Origin: Candidatus Krumholzibacteriota bacterium
Lineage (GTDB): Bacteria; Krumholzibacteriota; Krumholzibacteriia; JAJRXK01
Direction: 5' to 3'
Assembly: GCA_963727455.1 (NCBI GenBank)
Contig: CAVSGG010000007.1
Coordinates: forward strand, 115,478 to 179,477
DNA: 64,000 bases
Made by a program: the position numbers and the translations under genes. Numbering within the stretch: the first letter of the stretch is position 1; the number at the start of each line of letters is the position of its first letter. Below, one piece after another: positions 39,847-50,407 of the stretch. Below the pieces are notes generated by a model. It saw nothing but the letters and a program-made list of their open reading frames with translations. It was not told the origin of the DNA and searched no databases.

Positions 39847-40953
39847 ATGCAGATCAGCCGCATCGATCGTGATCTTCACCGTTTCCAGGACATCGTCCGC
39901 GGGCGGATCAAGGAGAATCTGCGCCGCTACATCTCGCACGGCGAGATGATTGGACGCAAGGGTAAGGACCTCGTCTCCATCCCCGTTCCCAGTATCGACA
40001 TTCCACGCTTCCGCTTCGGCCCCAAGGACCAGGCGGGAATCGGTTTCGGCGACGGAGCCGAAGGCCAGCCGGTGCCCGGTCAGGAGGGAGAGGGCCAGGG
40101 CCCCGCCGGCGACGCGCCGGGAGAGCACGTTCTGGAAGTCGAACTCACTATCGACGAACTGGCCAAACTCATGGGTGAGGAACTGGAACTCCCCAAAATC
40201 GAGCCCAGGGGAAAGCAACAGATCAACTCGGCCCGATCCCGCTACAGCAGCATTCAAATGGTCGGACCGCAGGGCTTGCGCCATTTCAAGCGCAGCTACC
40301 GCGAAGCCCTCAAACGCCAGCTTCAGACCGGCGCCTACGACCCGCTCAATCCCATGGTCATTCCCATCCGGCGTGACATGCGCTACCGCGCTCCGGTAAA
40401 AGTACAACAGCCCGCTTCCAATGCGGTCATCATCTACATGATGGACGTGTCAGGATCGATGGGAGACGAGCAGAAGGAGACGGTCCGGATCGAAGCGTTC
40501 TGGATCGACACTTGGCTCAATAGCCAGTACCAGAACTTGCAGACGCGCTTTCTCGTTCACGATGCCGTGGCACACGAAGTGGACCGTCACACCTTTTTCC
40601 ACACTCGCGAGAGTGGCGGAACGAAGATCAGCAGCGCCTATACCATGTGCGCGGAGATCATCGAGAACGAATATCCGCCGAGCGAGTGGAACATCTATCC
40701 CTTTCATTTTTCCGATGGAGACAACTGGGGCGGCGGCGATACCGAAAAATGTCTCGCTCTCTTGAAGGACACCCTGCTTCCCGCGGTCAATCAGTTCAGC
40801 TACGGCCAGGTAACCTCGACCTACGGCTCGGGTCAGTTCAAGCGTGAGCTCGACAAGCAGCTCGAAGAAGCGGAGAACCTGGTCACGAGCCAGATCGACA
40901 CCAAGGATGACATTCCGGACAGCATCAAGGTTTTCCTCGGGAAGGGAAGGTAG
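39847..40953 (+). CDS. YeaH/YhbH (DUF444) vWA-like protein
   Basis: [32 protein letters not shown]; between prkA and spoVR. Confidence 0.93.
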   Translation: MQISRIDRDLHRFQDIVRGRIKENLRRYISHGEMIGRKGKDLVSIPVPSIDIPRFRFGPKDQAGIGFGDGAEGQPVPGQEGEGQGPAGDAPGEHVLEVELTIDELAKLMGEELELPKIEPRGKQQINSARSRYSSIQMVGPQGLRHFKRSYREALKRQLQTGAYDPLNPMVIPIRRDMRYRAPVKVQQPASNAVIIYMMDVSGSMGDEQKETVRIEAFWIDTWLNSQYQNLQTRFLVHDAVAHEVDRHTFFHTRESGGTKISSAYTMCAEIIENEYPPSEWNIYPFHFSDGDNWGGGDTEKCLALLKDTLLPAVNQFSYGQVTSTYGSGQFKRELDKQLEEAENLVTSQIDTKDDIPDSIKVFLGKGR

Positions 40954-40956
40954 GGC

Positions 40957-42468
40957 ATGGCGGGCTTGAGCGAAGATCTCCAGGGATGGAAAGGCAAGAT
41001 CGAGAAGTACGCGCGCGAGTACGGACTCGACTTCTTCGAATTGAACTTCGAGGTAATCGACTATCGGCAGTTGAATGAAGTGGCCAGCTACGGTGGTTTC
41101 CCCGTTCGCTATCCGCACTGGACGCACGGCATGAGCTTCGACCAGCTCAGCAAGGGATATACCTACGGACTCAGCAAGATCTACGAGATGGTCATCAACA
41201 ATGACCCTTGTTATGCCTACCTGATGAAGGAGAACCATCTCGTCGACCAGAAGCTCGTGATGTGCCACGTCTACGGCCACTGCGACTTCTTCAAGAACAA
41301 TGTCTGGTTCTCGCGAACCGACCGTCAGATGATCGACACCATGGCAAACCATGCTTCGCGGATCCGCCGCTACATTGGTCGCTACGGGCTGGAGGAAGTC
41401 GAGGAGTTTCTCGACCGGTGCGTCTCGCTCGAGAGACTGATCGACGTTCATTCTGCGTTCTTGAGCAAGAAGCGGATGTCGAACGATGAGACAGCTGCGC
41501 CCCAACCGAAACAGGCTCCGCGTGTGCGTTTCGAAGCCAAGTCCTACATGGAGAGCTTCATCAACGCGAGCGCCGGAATGCAGGAGGAAAGGCAGAGGCG
41601 CGAACAGGAGGAAAGGGAGCGACGCCCCAAGAAGTTCCCGGAGTCTCCCGAGCGAGACGTGCTGCTCTTCCTCTTGCACCACGCTCCCCTGACCCGCTGG
41701 CAGCGCGACATCCTGGGGATGATTCGCGACGAGTCCTACTACTTCGCTCCGCAATGGCAGACGAAGATCATGAACGAGGGATGGGCCAGCTATTGGCACT
41801 CCAAGCTCATGACGGAAAGAGTGCTCAACGATTCGGAGATCGTGGATTTCGCCGACCACCACAGCGGCACCATGGGAGGAAACGACTCCCTGAATCCCTA
41901 CAAATTGGGTCTCTATCTCTATCGCGACATCGAGGAGCGTTGGAACAAGGGCCGTTTCGGTAGCGAGTACGAGGACTGCGAAAATTACAAGGAACGCAGG
42001 AATTGGGATACAGGAGCCGGGAAGGGGAGGCAGAAGATCTTCGAAGTGCGCACGGTGCACAACGACGTCACCTTCATCGACACTTTCCTTACCGAGGAGT
42101 TCGCCCAAGAGAATCGCATGTTCCTCTACCGCTACGACCTGGAGAAGGACCAGTACGTCGTCGCGAGCCGCGAATTCGCCAAGATCAAACGGCAGCTCCT
42201 GGCACAGCTCACCAACGGGGGACACCCCCTCATCTCGATCGTGGACGCCGATTACAGGGGCCACGGCATCTTGTACCTCAAGCACACCTACGAGGGCATC
42301 CCACTGGACATCGAGTACGCCAAGGCTACCCTGGCCAACCTCTTCTCCCTGTGGGGCAAGCCGGTTTGCATCGAGAGCGTCTACCAGGACAAGCCCGTTC
42401 TCCTCGAGCACGACGGGAAGGAAGCCCAGCTCAACAGCCTCGATACCTCGAGTTCCGCCACTGCTTGA
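40957..42468 (+). CDS. spoVR: SpoVR/YcgB family protein
   Basis: RYPHW, IYEMVIN, HVYGHCDFFKNN, TKIMNEGWASYWH, NPYKLG. Confidence 0.95.
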   Translation: MAGLSEDLQGWKGKIEKYAREYGLDFFELNFEVIDYRQLNEVASYGGFPVRYPHWTHGMSFDQLSKGYTYGLSKIYEMVINNDPCYAYLMKENHLVDQKLVMCHVYGHCDFFKNNVWFSRTDRQMIDTMANHASRIRRYIGRYGLEEVEEFLDRCVSLERLIDVHSAFLSKKRMSNDETAAPQPKQAPRVRFEAKSYMESFINASAGMQEERQRREQEERERRPKKFPESPERDVLLFLLHHAPLTRWQRDILGMIRDESYYFAPQWQTKIMNEGWASYWHSKLMTERVLNDSEIVDFADHHSGTMGGNDSLNPYKLGLYLYRDIEERWNKGRFGSEYEDCENYKERRNWDTGAGKGRQKIFEVRTVHNDVTFIDTFLTEEFAQENRMFLYRYDLEKDQYVVASREFAKIKRQLLAQLTNGGHPLISIVDADYRGHGILYLKHTYEGIPLDIEYAKATLANLFSLWGKPVCIESVYQDKPVLLEHDGKEAQLNSLDTSSSATA

Positions 42469-42497
42469 CAGCCCCCTACGCCTCACCTAGCTTCGGC

Positions 42498-42516
42498 ATT
42501 GATTGTCATTTTCAAT
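42498..42516. promoter_or_regulatory. Fur-box-like operator upstream of tandem fur
   Basis: ATTGA-TTGTCATTT-TCAAT 19-bp imperfect palindrome; 16/19 identical to site upstream of feoA. Confidence 0.75.
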
Positions 42517-42561
42517 TCGCGAGGGAACCCTCTGATTTTCCCCTTCGGGGGAGGCTTGGTC

Positions 42562-43554
42562 ATGAACGATACAAAGTCCTCTCCCGCGCGGAATTCCTCC
42601 ACACTGATCGACGAGTTCCGCGCCTACCTCTTGCGCGAGAACCTGAAGAGTACGCGTCAACGCGAAGCCATCGTGAATGTCTTTGCGCGCATGGAGGGTC
42701 ACGCCAGCGTCGAGGACTTGCTGAAGGCGGTGAGCCGGACGGAGAAGGGCATCGGCTACGCCACGGTGTACCGCACGCTCAAGCTCCTCGTCGATTCGGG
42801 TCTGGCGAGCGTGCGGCACTTCGGGGATGGCGAGAGCCGCTACGAAGTTCGCAGCCCGGAGCACCACGACCACTTGATCTGTACCGAATGTGGTCTGGTC
42901 ATCGAATTCAAATTACCCGAGGTCGAGAAGCTGCAGGAGGAGGTGGCGAAGAGGGCCGGGTTTCACCTGGAGAGCCACTGCCACGAACTCTACGGGATCT
43001 GCCAAGAAGTCGCGGCTGGCCAACCGTGCCGCTTTAACCCGGAGGCGGGAAAGGACACGATTGGTGGACGCCCCTTCAGCGATCAGGGTTCCGTTCCCGC
43101 TTCTTTCGAACGCCGTTCGGCCGAGAGCCTTCCCAGCGCCTTCCGCAAGTACCTCGCGCGCGAGCAACTGAAATCCACCCGGCAGCGTGACCTCATCGCG
43201 GAGGTCTTCTCCAAGCTGGAGGGCCACGTCAGTGTCGACGACTTGCTCGCGGAAGTGAAACGCCGGGATCCGCAGATTGGCTATGCCACGGTCTACCGTA
43301 CTCTGAAACTCCTGGTCGATTCCGGGCTCGCCGCCAGCCGGAGCTTCGAGGGCGGGCGCACGCGCTATGAGACTCGCGGCCTGGAGCATCACGATCACAT
43401 GATCTGTCAAAAAACCGGCAAGATCATCGAATTCCGCAACGATGAGATCGAACAGCTGCAGGAGAACCTTGCCAAGAGCTTGGGCTTCAAACTTCTCCGG
43501 CATCGCCACGAGCTCTACGGCTATCTCGAAGCTGCGGCCCCCCCGGAAAACTGA
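42562..43554 (+). CDS. fur: Tandem double-domain Fur family regulator
   Basis: Two full Fur units, each with LKSTRQR, GYATVYRTLKLL, HHDH.IC and HELYG. Confidence 0.92.
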   Translation: MNDTKSSPARNSSTLIDEFRAYLLRENLKSTRQREAIVNVFARMEGHASVEDLLKAVSRTEKGIGYATVYRTLKLLVDSGLASVRHFGDGESRYEVRSPEHHDHLICTECGLVIEFKLPEVEKLQEEVAKRAGFHLESHCHELYGICQEVAAGQPCRFNPEAGKDTIGGRPFSDQGSVPASFERRSAESLPSAFRKYLAREQLKSTRQRDLIAEVFSKLEGHVSVDDLLAEVKRRDPQIGYATVYRTLKLLVDSGLAASRSFEGGRTRYETRGLEHHDHMICQKTGKIIEFRNDEIEQLQENLAKSLGFKLLRHRHELYGYLEAAAPPEN

Positions 43555-43580
43555 AGCGGCGCAGGGGCGAGGAGACACGA

Positions 43581-44732
43581 ATGTCCGCGAGCAGGGGTTT
43601 GCAGTGGGTCGAGGTCGAGACGGAAGTTCTGACGCGAAATTTGCGCGCCTTCGCCAAACACCTTCCGGCAACTACCGCGCTGGCTCCGGTGGTGAAGAGC
43701 AATGCCTATGGACACGACCTCGAACTCGCGGCGCGCGCGTTCGCTGCGGGAGGAGCGTCCTGGTTCTGCGTCCATTCCTTCGATGAAGCCACCCGGCTGG
43801 CCAATCTTGCCCTCGGCCAGCGCATCCTGATTTTGGGACCTTTGAGCGATCAGGAACTCGTGGAGGCGATCGAAGCCGGTTTCAACCTGACGGTCTATGA
43901 CGCACAGCGTCTGCGGGATCTCGCCGCGGCGTCGGCGAAGAGCGGCTATCCAGCCAAACTTCACCTCAAAGTGGAAACAGGAACCTGGCGGCAGGGGGTG
44001 ACGCGCGGAGAACTGGCGGACTGTCTCGCGGTGATCAAACGTGAAGCCGGACTCGAACTCGCCGGTGTTCACAGTCACTACGCCAACATCGAAGACACTA
44101 CCGATCACAGTTACGCGGAGGAACAATCACGCGTTTTCGAGGAGATCTTGGCTGAAATCGAGCGCGCCGGACTCCATCCCCAGTCGATTCACATGAGCTG
44201 CAGCGCGGCCGCGATTCTCTTCCCCGCGCGCTACATGGATCTCGCGCGCATCGGAATCTCGGCCTACGGCTATTGGCCCAGCTCGCCCACGCTGGTCTCA
44301 GCTCGCAGGGGATCCTCGACAGAGGAGCTTGCCATCAGGCCCGCCCTCAGCTGGAAAGTCAGAGTGGCGCAGCTCAAGACGGTGCCGGCGGGTTCCTACA
44401 TCGGCTACGGATGCACGGACAAGGCCGAGGTCGATACCCGATTGGCCCTGCTTCCCGTCGGATACGCGGATGGCTATTCGCGGAACATGTCGGGGCGCGC
44501 CCACGTGCTATTGCAGGGCAAACGCTGTTCCGTGCGCGGTCGAATCTGCATGAATTTGATGATGGTCGACGTCACCCACCTCTCCGCCGTTCGGCTCGGC
44601 GAGGAGGCGGTTCTCTTGGGCAGCCAAATGGGGGAGACGATCGCAGCCGAAACTCTGGCCGAATGGGCGGGCACGATCCACTACGAGATCTTGGCGCGGA
44701 TCTCTCCCGCCCTAGCTCGAGTGCCCGTGTGA
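43581..44732 (+). CDS. alr: Alanine racemase
   Basis: VVKSNAYGH, HLKVETG, GYADG, GRICM, GTIHYE. Confidence 0.95.
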   Translation: MSASRGLQWVEVETEVLTRNLRAFAKHLPATTALAPVVKSNAYGHDLELAARAFAAGGASWFCVHSFDEATRLANLALGQRILILGPLSDQELVEAIEAGFNLTVYDAQRLRDLAAASAKSGYPAKLHLKVETGTWRQGVTRGELADCLAVIKREAGLELAGVHSHYANIEDTTDHSYAEEQSRVFEEILAEIERAGLHPQSIHMSCSAAAILFPARYMDLARIGISAYGYWPSSPTLVSARRGSSTEELAIRPALSWKVRVAQLKTVPAGSYIGYGCTDKAEVDTRLALLPVGYADGYSRNMSGRAHVLLQGKRCSVRGRICMNLMMVDVTHLSAVRLGEEAVLLGSQMGETIAAETLAEWAGTIHYEILARISPALARVPV

Positions 44733-44909
44733 GGGATGGCTGCTCTTCCTCTTGCGTGAGATTGGATTCGCGGCGCAGTTCGAGCATGCGCCGCCGCTCT
44801 CGCTGAAATCCTGATCAGAGACGAAGAACTGGCGCAGCACGTGACGCCCGGCGTAGAGAACGGCCAGGATCACCAGTGGGATCACTATGAGGTATTGGAG
44901 AAGGCTCAT
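44712..44909 (-). CDS. FeoB-associated Cys-rich small membrane protein
   Basis: Single N-terminal TM then GGACSNC, immediately after feoB. Confidence 0.75.
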   Translation of the reverse strand: MSLLQYLIVIPLVILAVLYAGRHVLRQFFVSDQDFSESGGACSNCAANPISRKRKSSHPSHGHSS

Positions 44910-44914
44910 CCAGT

Positions 44915-47065
44915 TCACCCCCATCCCAAGAGAAGTCCGCCCTGATAGACCACGAAGGAGGCAATCCAGGCCAGGGCGAACATGTAGGTCCACATGAAGA
45001 TCGGCCAGCGCCAGCTATTCGTCTCCCGCTTCACCACGGCAAGGGTTGACATACACTGGCAGGCGAGCACGAAGAACATCAGCAGGCTGGCCGCGACCAG
45101 GGGAGACCACACGCGCGTGCCGTCGGGATAGGTGTCTTCTTTCAGGCGTTTCTCCAAAGACGAGACGTCGTTCGAAGTGTCTCCCACGCTGTAAATGGTG
45201 CCCAGAGCGCTGACCACCACCTCGCGCGCGGCAAAGGAGGAAAGCAAGGCGACGCCGATCTTCCAGTCGAAGCCGAGCGGCTTCAGCATGGGCTCCCAGA
45301 GATGGCCGGCGCGGCCCATGTAGGAATTTGCGAGCTGGGTGCTGGAATCGAGCTGCCCGGTCTGCCCGTCGTTCCCCGTCTGCGGGAACGCGGCCAGGAA
45401 CCAGAGAATGATGCTCATGGCCAGGATGATGGTTCCCGCGCGAGTGAGGAAGATTTTGGCGCGTTCGGACATCCGCCATGCAACGTCGCGGAACCGGGGC
45501 CGATGATAGGAGGGCAGCTCCATGACGAAAGTGGAGGAGGAGCCCTTGATGACCCGGTTGCGCAGAAACGCGGCGGCGAGCACGGCCATTCCCGTTCCCA
45601 AGAGATACAGGGTCATCAGAGTGAGGGCCTGGTAGCTGAGAAAGCCGAAGTGTCCGGCCGCGGGGACGAAGGCGGAAATGACCAGGGCATAGACCGGCAG
45701 GCGCGCCGAACAGGTCATGAACGGAGCGACCATCATGGTGACCAGGCGATCGCGCTGGCTGTCCATGGTGCGCGTAGCCATGATGCCTGGCACCGCGCAG
45801 GCGTAGGAGGAGATCAAAGGCACCACCGAGCGGCCGCTGAGTCCCACCTTCCGCATGGGACGGTCCATGATGAAGGCGACGCGGGCCATGTATCCGGTGT
45901 CTTCCAAGAGGCCGAGGAAGAAGAAGAGCAGAAGAATCTGCGGCAAGAAAACCAGCACGCCCCCCACTCCCGAGAGCACTCCGTCGACTACCAGGCCGCG
46001 CACGAGACCCGCAGGCAAATGGGTGGTGGCAAGTGTGGACAGCCAGCCCATCCCGCTCTCGATCCAATTCATGAAGGGCGCGGCCCAGCTGAACACCGCC
46101 TGGAAGACCACGAGGAGAACCGTCAAGAAGAACGCGGGTCCGAGGAAGCGGTGTGTCAGGATGGAATCGATCCTCTCGCTCGCACTGCGGTGACCCACTT
46201 GCCGCCGGATCTGCACCACGCGCTCGGCCAGGGGAGTGATCCACTGGTAGCGCGCGATGATCTCTTCCTGTTCGTAGAGCGTACCCTGTGCTCTGAGGCG
46301 CTCCCGCGCGGCATCGACTTCCTGCCAGAACTCGGCGGAATGGTGGGTTTCGAAGCGGGGCGCGGTGGTGTTGGCCAACGCCCTCAGGGCATCCGCGAAG
46401 CGCATCGAGGTGGAGAGCTGTGGTACGTCGGCCGAAAGGCACTGGGCCAGGTGGTCCACTTCCCTTTGCAGCGCGTCGGGCGTCTTCCAGCGCCGCGGCG
46501 GAACCTTGGGAAGTTCGCCGCAGAGCCCTTGCTTGAGGGCCTCGATTCCCTTGCCGCTGCTCGCGGCGAGAGGATAGACGGGCACGCCGAGCTCGCGCGA
46601 AAGTGCCTGGTCGTCGACGAAGACTCCTTCGCGCTCGGAGGCATCGGTCATGTTGAGGGCGATGATGGTGGGGATCCCCAGATCCAAAACCTGGCTGGTC
46701 AAATACAGATTGCGCTCGAGGTTTCCCGCGTCCACCACGCAGACGACCAAGTCGGGGCGATCCTGTCCCTGCATTTCGCCCACCAACACCCGGTAGGCGA
46801 TTTCCTCGTCCAAGGAGCGTGGGTTCAAACTGTAAGTGCCGGGGACGTCGACGATCTGGACCGCGTGCGAGTTCCCGGTCACGACCTGACCGACTTTGCG
46901 CTCCACCGTGACGCCGGGATAATTGCCGACCTTCTGGCGCAGACCCGTCAGCTGGTTGAAGACCGTGGTCTTCCCCACGTTGGGATTGCCGGCCAGGGCG
47001 ACGAGGCGTGCGGCCTTGGCTGGTTCAGAAAGGGTGGGGGCGGTACCGCCAGCCGTCCAACGCAT
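44915..47065 (-). CDS. feoB: Ferrous iron transport protein B
   Basis: GNPNVGKT, GNYPGVTVE, DVPGTYSL; TM domain with CSARLPVY, FVMELP, AREVVV. Confidence 0.97.
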   Translation of the reverse strand: MRWTAGGTAPTLSEPAKAARLVALAGNPNVGKTTVFNQLTGLRQKVGNYPGVTVERKVGQVVTGNSHAVQIVDVPGTYSLNPRSLDEEIAYRVLVGEMQGQDRPDLVVCVVDAGNLERNLYLTSQVLDLGIPTIIALNMTDASEREGVFVDDQALSRELGVPVYPLAASSGKGIEALKQGLCGELPKVPPRRWKTPDALQREVDHLAQCLSADVPQLSTSMRFADALRALANTTAPRFETHHSAEFWQEVDAARERLRAQGTLYEQEEIIARYQWITPLAERVVQIRRQVGHRSASERIDSILTHRFLGPAFFLTVLLVVFQAVFSWAAPFMNWIESGMGWLSTLATTHLPAGLVRGLVVDGVLSGVGGVLVFLPQILLLFFFLGLLEDTGYMARVAFIMDRPMRKVGLSGRSVVPLISSYACAVPGIMATRTMDSQRDRLVTMMVAPFMTCSARLPVYALVISAFVPAAGHFGFLSYQALTLMTLYLLGTGMAVLAAAFLRNRVIKGSSSTFVMELPSYHRPRFRDVAWRMSERAKIFLTRAGTIILAMSIILWFLAAFPQTGNDGQTGQLDSSTQLANSYMGRAGHLWEPMLKPLGFDWKIGVALLSSFAAREVVVSALGTIYSVGDTSNDVSSLEKRLKEDTYPDGTRVWSPLVAASLLMFFVLACQCMSTLAVVKRETNSWRWPIFMWTYMFALAWIASFVVYQGGLLLGWG

Positions 47066-47072
47066 GGAAATC

Positions 47073-47294
47073 TCAAACAGGTTGCACTTCGACGAGTCCG
47101 GCCTCGTGTTTGCGCAGAGATAGGTGGTAACCACGAATACGAATGTCGATGGGGTCGCCGAGGGGGGCGAGGCGGATGATCTCCAGCAGGGTGCCTTGCA
47201 GCAGACCCATCTCCAGGAGCCGACTCGGGGGTTCTTCCCGCGTCCAGCCCGTCACGACGCCGCGTTCTCCTGGTTTGAGTTGGTCGAGGGTCAT
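47073..47294 (-). CDS. feoA: Ferrous iron transport protein A
   Basis: RLLEMGL...APLGDPI...LSLRK.EA. Confidence 0.95.
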   Translation of the reverse strand: MTLDQLKPGERGVVTGWTREEPPSRLLEMGLLQGTLLEIIRLAPLGDPIDIRIRGYHLSLRKHEAGLVEVQPV

Positions 47295-47374
47295 GGTGCC
47301 GCCAATCCTCCGCGTAAGGGCAAGGGGACGCCGAAGGTCCGTGCCGTCTCCTCTGAGCGATCCCAAGCTAGCCT

Positions 47375-47404
47375 AGTATAATTGAAATTGCAAATCAATA
47401 TCAA
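47375..47404 (-). promoter_or_regulatory. feo promoter with embedded Fur-box (47381-47399)
   Basis: Minus strand TTGATA-N18-TATACT with ATTGA-N9-TCAAT palindrome lying across the spacer. Confidence 0.8.
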
Positions 47405-47578
47405 CAAAAGGCGAGCCCAAGACCTCATTCTCCACGCCTGCTTTCAGTCTAAGCAAGCGGCGCACCGAGATCAAGCCAGAATGCGCTCGATGGCCTATAG
47501 TGGAGCCTGAAGCCGCGATGGGGGGCCTTGCTCCGCCACGCGCCCGGGAGCGGTTTCGAGGGAAAGGATGCAAGCTCG

Positions 47579-48796
47579 ATGACCGAACGACTCTATTACC
47601 GCGATTCCTACCGCTGCCGCTTCGAGGCCACGGTGACCGGCTTCGAATCCCGTGAGGAAGGGCAATCCCGGGTTCGCCTGGACCGCAGCTGTTTCTATCC
47701 GGAGAGCGGGGGCCAGATGGCCGATCGGGGCACCCTAGCCGGCGTGGAAGTGGTGGACGTGCAGGAGGAGGACGGGGAGGTCCTTCACTTCGTCGCGGGC
47801 CATCCCGAATGGAGGGCGGGAATGCGGGTGGAGGGGGAAGTGGACCAGGAACGAAGGGCGCTGCACCGCCAGCAGCACACGGGACAGCACGTTCTCTCGC
47901 GCACTCTGGAGGACAAGCTGGGGCTGTCCACCGTGAGTTCGCGCCTGGGAGAAAGTGGAAACACCCTGGATCTCGAACTGGAAGAGGATCTGGACTTCGA
48001 CACCCTCGACGAGGTAGAGGACGCGGCGAACCGGGTGGTCCAGGAGGCGCGAGCGGTACACGTGCGCTTTTGTGATCCGGCCGACGCCAGCAGCATCGAC
48101 CGCGGCAAGATCCCCCCGGGTCAGAGCGAGTTGCGTGTGATCGAGATCGAGGGTTTCGATCGCAACGCCTGTGGCGGAACCCACTGCGCGAACACGGCGG
48201 AGATCGGTCTCATCGCGATCACCGGAAAGGAAAAAGTGCGCGGTGGAATTCGCCTTCACTTCCTCTGCGGACGACGCGCGCAGAATTACCGGCGTTCGCG
48301 CGACCGTCTGGTAGGGCGTCTGGGGAGGCTTCTGACTACCGGTGATGCCGAATTGGAGGCGGTGGTCGCTGGTCTGCGTGAGGAAGCCAAGTCCCAGGCC
48401 AAACAGGCCGCGGAATTGGCGGCTCAGCTGGCGGCTCTCAGCGCGCGAAGCTGGCTGGCCGAAGCCGAGGAGCGCCAGCTCGAGTCTTCCTCCGCGCGCG
48501 TCCTCGCGCGCGTTCTCCCGCCATCCCTCGCCGGCGCACTCAGCGAGCTTGCCAACGCCCTGCGCGAGGAACACGATTTGCTTCTGCTCTTGGCCGCGCC
48601 CCAGGGCGATCGCACGCGCGTGCTGCTCTCGCGCGGAGAGGGGCTGCCCTTCCTGCACTGCGGAAAGCTCCTGAGCCAGGGACTCAAGGCTTTGGGCGGC
48701 AAGGGCGGAGGACAGGCGCAGCGCGCGCAGGGCAGCTTCGAAGGTCCGGCCGAAATAGGGCTCGAGCAGTTGCGCGAGTACTTGGGCGTGGCCTGA
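47579..48796 (+). CDS. Alanyl-tRNA editing protein (AlaX-L type with DHHA1)
   Basis: TERLYY, FYPESGGQ, QHTGQH, CGGTH, GGKGGG. Confidence 0.92.
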   Translation: MTERLYYRDSYRCRFEATVTGFESREEGQSRVRLDRSCFYPESGGQMADRGTLAGVEVVDVQEEDGEVLHFVAGHPEWRAGMRVEGEVDQERRALHRQQHTGQHVLSRTLEDKLGLSTVSSRLGESGNTLDLELEEDLDFDTLDEVEDAANRVVQEARAVHVRFCDPADASSIDRGKIPPGQSELRVIEIEGFDRNACGGTHCANTAEIGLIAITGKEKVRGGIRLHFLCGRRAQNYRRSRDRLVGRLGRLLTTGDAELEAVVAGLREEAKSQAKQAAELAAQLAALSARSWLAEAEERQLESSSARVLARVLPPSLAGALSELANALREEHDLLLLLAAPQGDRTRVLLSRGEGLPFLHCGKLLSQGLKALGGKGGGQAQRAQGSFEGPAEIGLEQLREYLGVA

Positions 48797-48806
48797 TTGG
48801 GCGCTC

Positions 48807-49487
48807 TCAGCCCACGAGCTCCAGGAGGCGCCGAAATTCGTTGAAGAGGTGGTCGGCGTCCTTCAGCTCATCTCCTTGAGCAAAGCCGTAGCTCAAGCCG
48901 ACCGTCTTACACCCCAGCTCTCGGCCGGCCGTGATGTCCTCGCGGCGATCGCCAACCATCACGCACTTCGCCGCTTGGACTTGGAGTGCTTGCAGCGCGC
49001 GTCGCAAGAGCACCGGTTTGCCGCCCTCGATTCCGGCCGGGAGCTCTTCGTGACACTCGGTGTGTTCGACGAGAGCGGAGAGACCCAGGTAACGCAGGCA
49101 GGCGCGAAAGTAGGGCTCTTGCGCGTTGCTCACGATCGCGAGCCGGACGCCGCGCGCGCGCAGCTCCTTCAGGGTATCCGAGATACCGGGATACAGCTTG
49201 CCCTCACCTTTGGCCAGGACTTCGACCTCGGCCGCGGTGGCGCTTTCCTTGACCTCTTTCGCTAAATGCGCAAGCTCTGGGGGGAGGATGCGGCGGTAGT
49301 ATTCGGCGGGAGGAAGCCCCATGGCATCCATGATGGCATGCTCGTCGGGCACCTGGTTCGCGATCTTTCGCCGCTGAAGTACCGCATGCACTCCCTGGGC
49401 CACCGCGCGAACGATGGCGCGGCGGGAATCCACCAGGGTTCCATCCAGATCGAAGACCATGGCCTCAGGCGCTGCATTCGAGAGCAT
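48807..49487 (-). CDS. HAD family hydrolase (phosphoglycolate phosphatase-like)
   Basis: FDLDGTL, IVSN, K-P, MVGDR..DI motifs. Confidence 0.9.
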   Translation of the reverse strand: MLSNAAPEAMVFDLDGTLVDSRRAIVRAVAQGVHAVLQRRKIANQVPDEHAIMDAMGLPPAEYYRRILPPELAHLAKEVKESATAAEVEVLAKGEGKLYPGISDTLKELRARGVRLAIVSNAQEPYFRACLRYLGLSALVEHTECHEELPAGIEGGKPVLLRRALQALQVQAAKCVMVGDRREDITAGRELGCKTVGLSYGFAQGDELKDADHLFNEFRRLLELVG

Positions 49488-49544
49488 CGAGCAACTTTCG
49501 TAGGGAAACCGAGGGGATCGCGAATCGGCGAAAGGATGGTAGGA

Positions 49545-50393
49545 ATGAAGCTGAAGGAGAGCCAGCACGAACTGCGGACCAGGGAAGGGCTGCCGTTGCG
49601 CGTGGATTTGAGGGTACCGGCCGAAGCGGAGCCTCAAGGCATCGTCGTCATCGTGCACGGCTTCAAGGGCTTCAAGGATTGGGGCTTTTTCCCGCACACC
49701 GGGCGAGCGCTCGCGGCCGATGGATTCGCCAGCGCCTGCTTCGACTTCTCCCTCAACGGCATTGGCGAACGTCCGGGAGAGTTCGATCGCCTGGACCTCT
49801 TCGAACGCAACACTTACGCGCACGAGATCGAGGATCTGCAGGCGGTGGTGGCCTGGCTGCGCGCGGATGCACCGCTCTCTGCGGCCACGCGGCAATCCAA
49901 ACTGGGTCTGCTCGCGCACAGTCGGGGGGCGCTGAGCGCCATCGTGGTTGCCAGCGAGGATCCCTCCATCCTGGCTCTCGTCAGCTGGAACGGTATCTCG
50001 AGCGCGCTGCACTATGGCGAACGACAGCTGAAGGAATGGGAAGAGAAAGGGAGGATGGAGTTCGTGAATTCCAGAACCCATCAGCGTATGGCGGTCGGAT
50101 TCGCCCTGGTAGAGGACGCCCGCGCCAACGCCCAGCGCTACGATTTGCCAAGAGCGGTGAAGTCGATGCGGGCCGCCCATCTCATCGTGCAGGCGGAGAA
50201 CGACCTCGCCGTCGATCCAAGCAACGCGGAAGTGCTGCGCGCGGGGCGGCCCGAGAGCGAGGACTGCCACTTGGTGAAAATCGAAGGCGCCGGTCACACC
50301 TTCAATGCCGTCCACCCCTTCGCAGGAACCACGCCGCCCCTCGAGACGGCCTTGCAGTTGAGTTCCAATTGGTTCGCCAAGCACCTCCGCTAG
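49545..50393 (+). CDS. Alpha/beta hydrolase
   Basis: HGFKGFKDWGFF, AHSRG nucleophile elbow, GAGHTF. Confidence 0.9.
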   Translation: MKLKESQHELRTREGLPLRVDLRVPAEAEPQGIVVIVHGFKGFKDWGFFPHTGRALAADGFASACFDFSLNGIGERPGEFDRLDLFERNTYAHEIEDLQAVVAWLRADAPLSAATRQSKLGLLAHSRGALSAIVVASEDPSILALVSWNGISSALHYGERQLKEWEEKGRMEFVNSRTHQRMAVGFALVEDARANAQRYDLPRAVKSMRAAHLIVQAENDLAVDPSNAEVLRAGRPESEDCHLVKIEGAGHTFNAVHPFAGTTPPLETALQLSSNWFAKHLR

Positions 50394-50407
50394 AATGGGG
50401 TGGGGGG

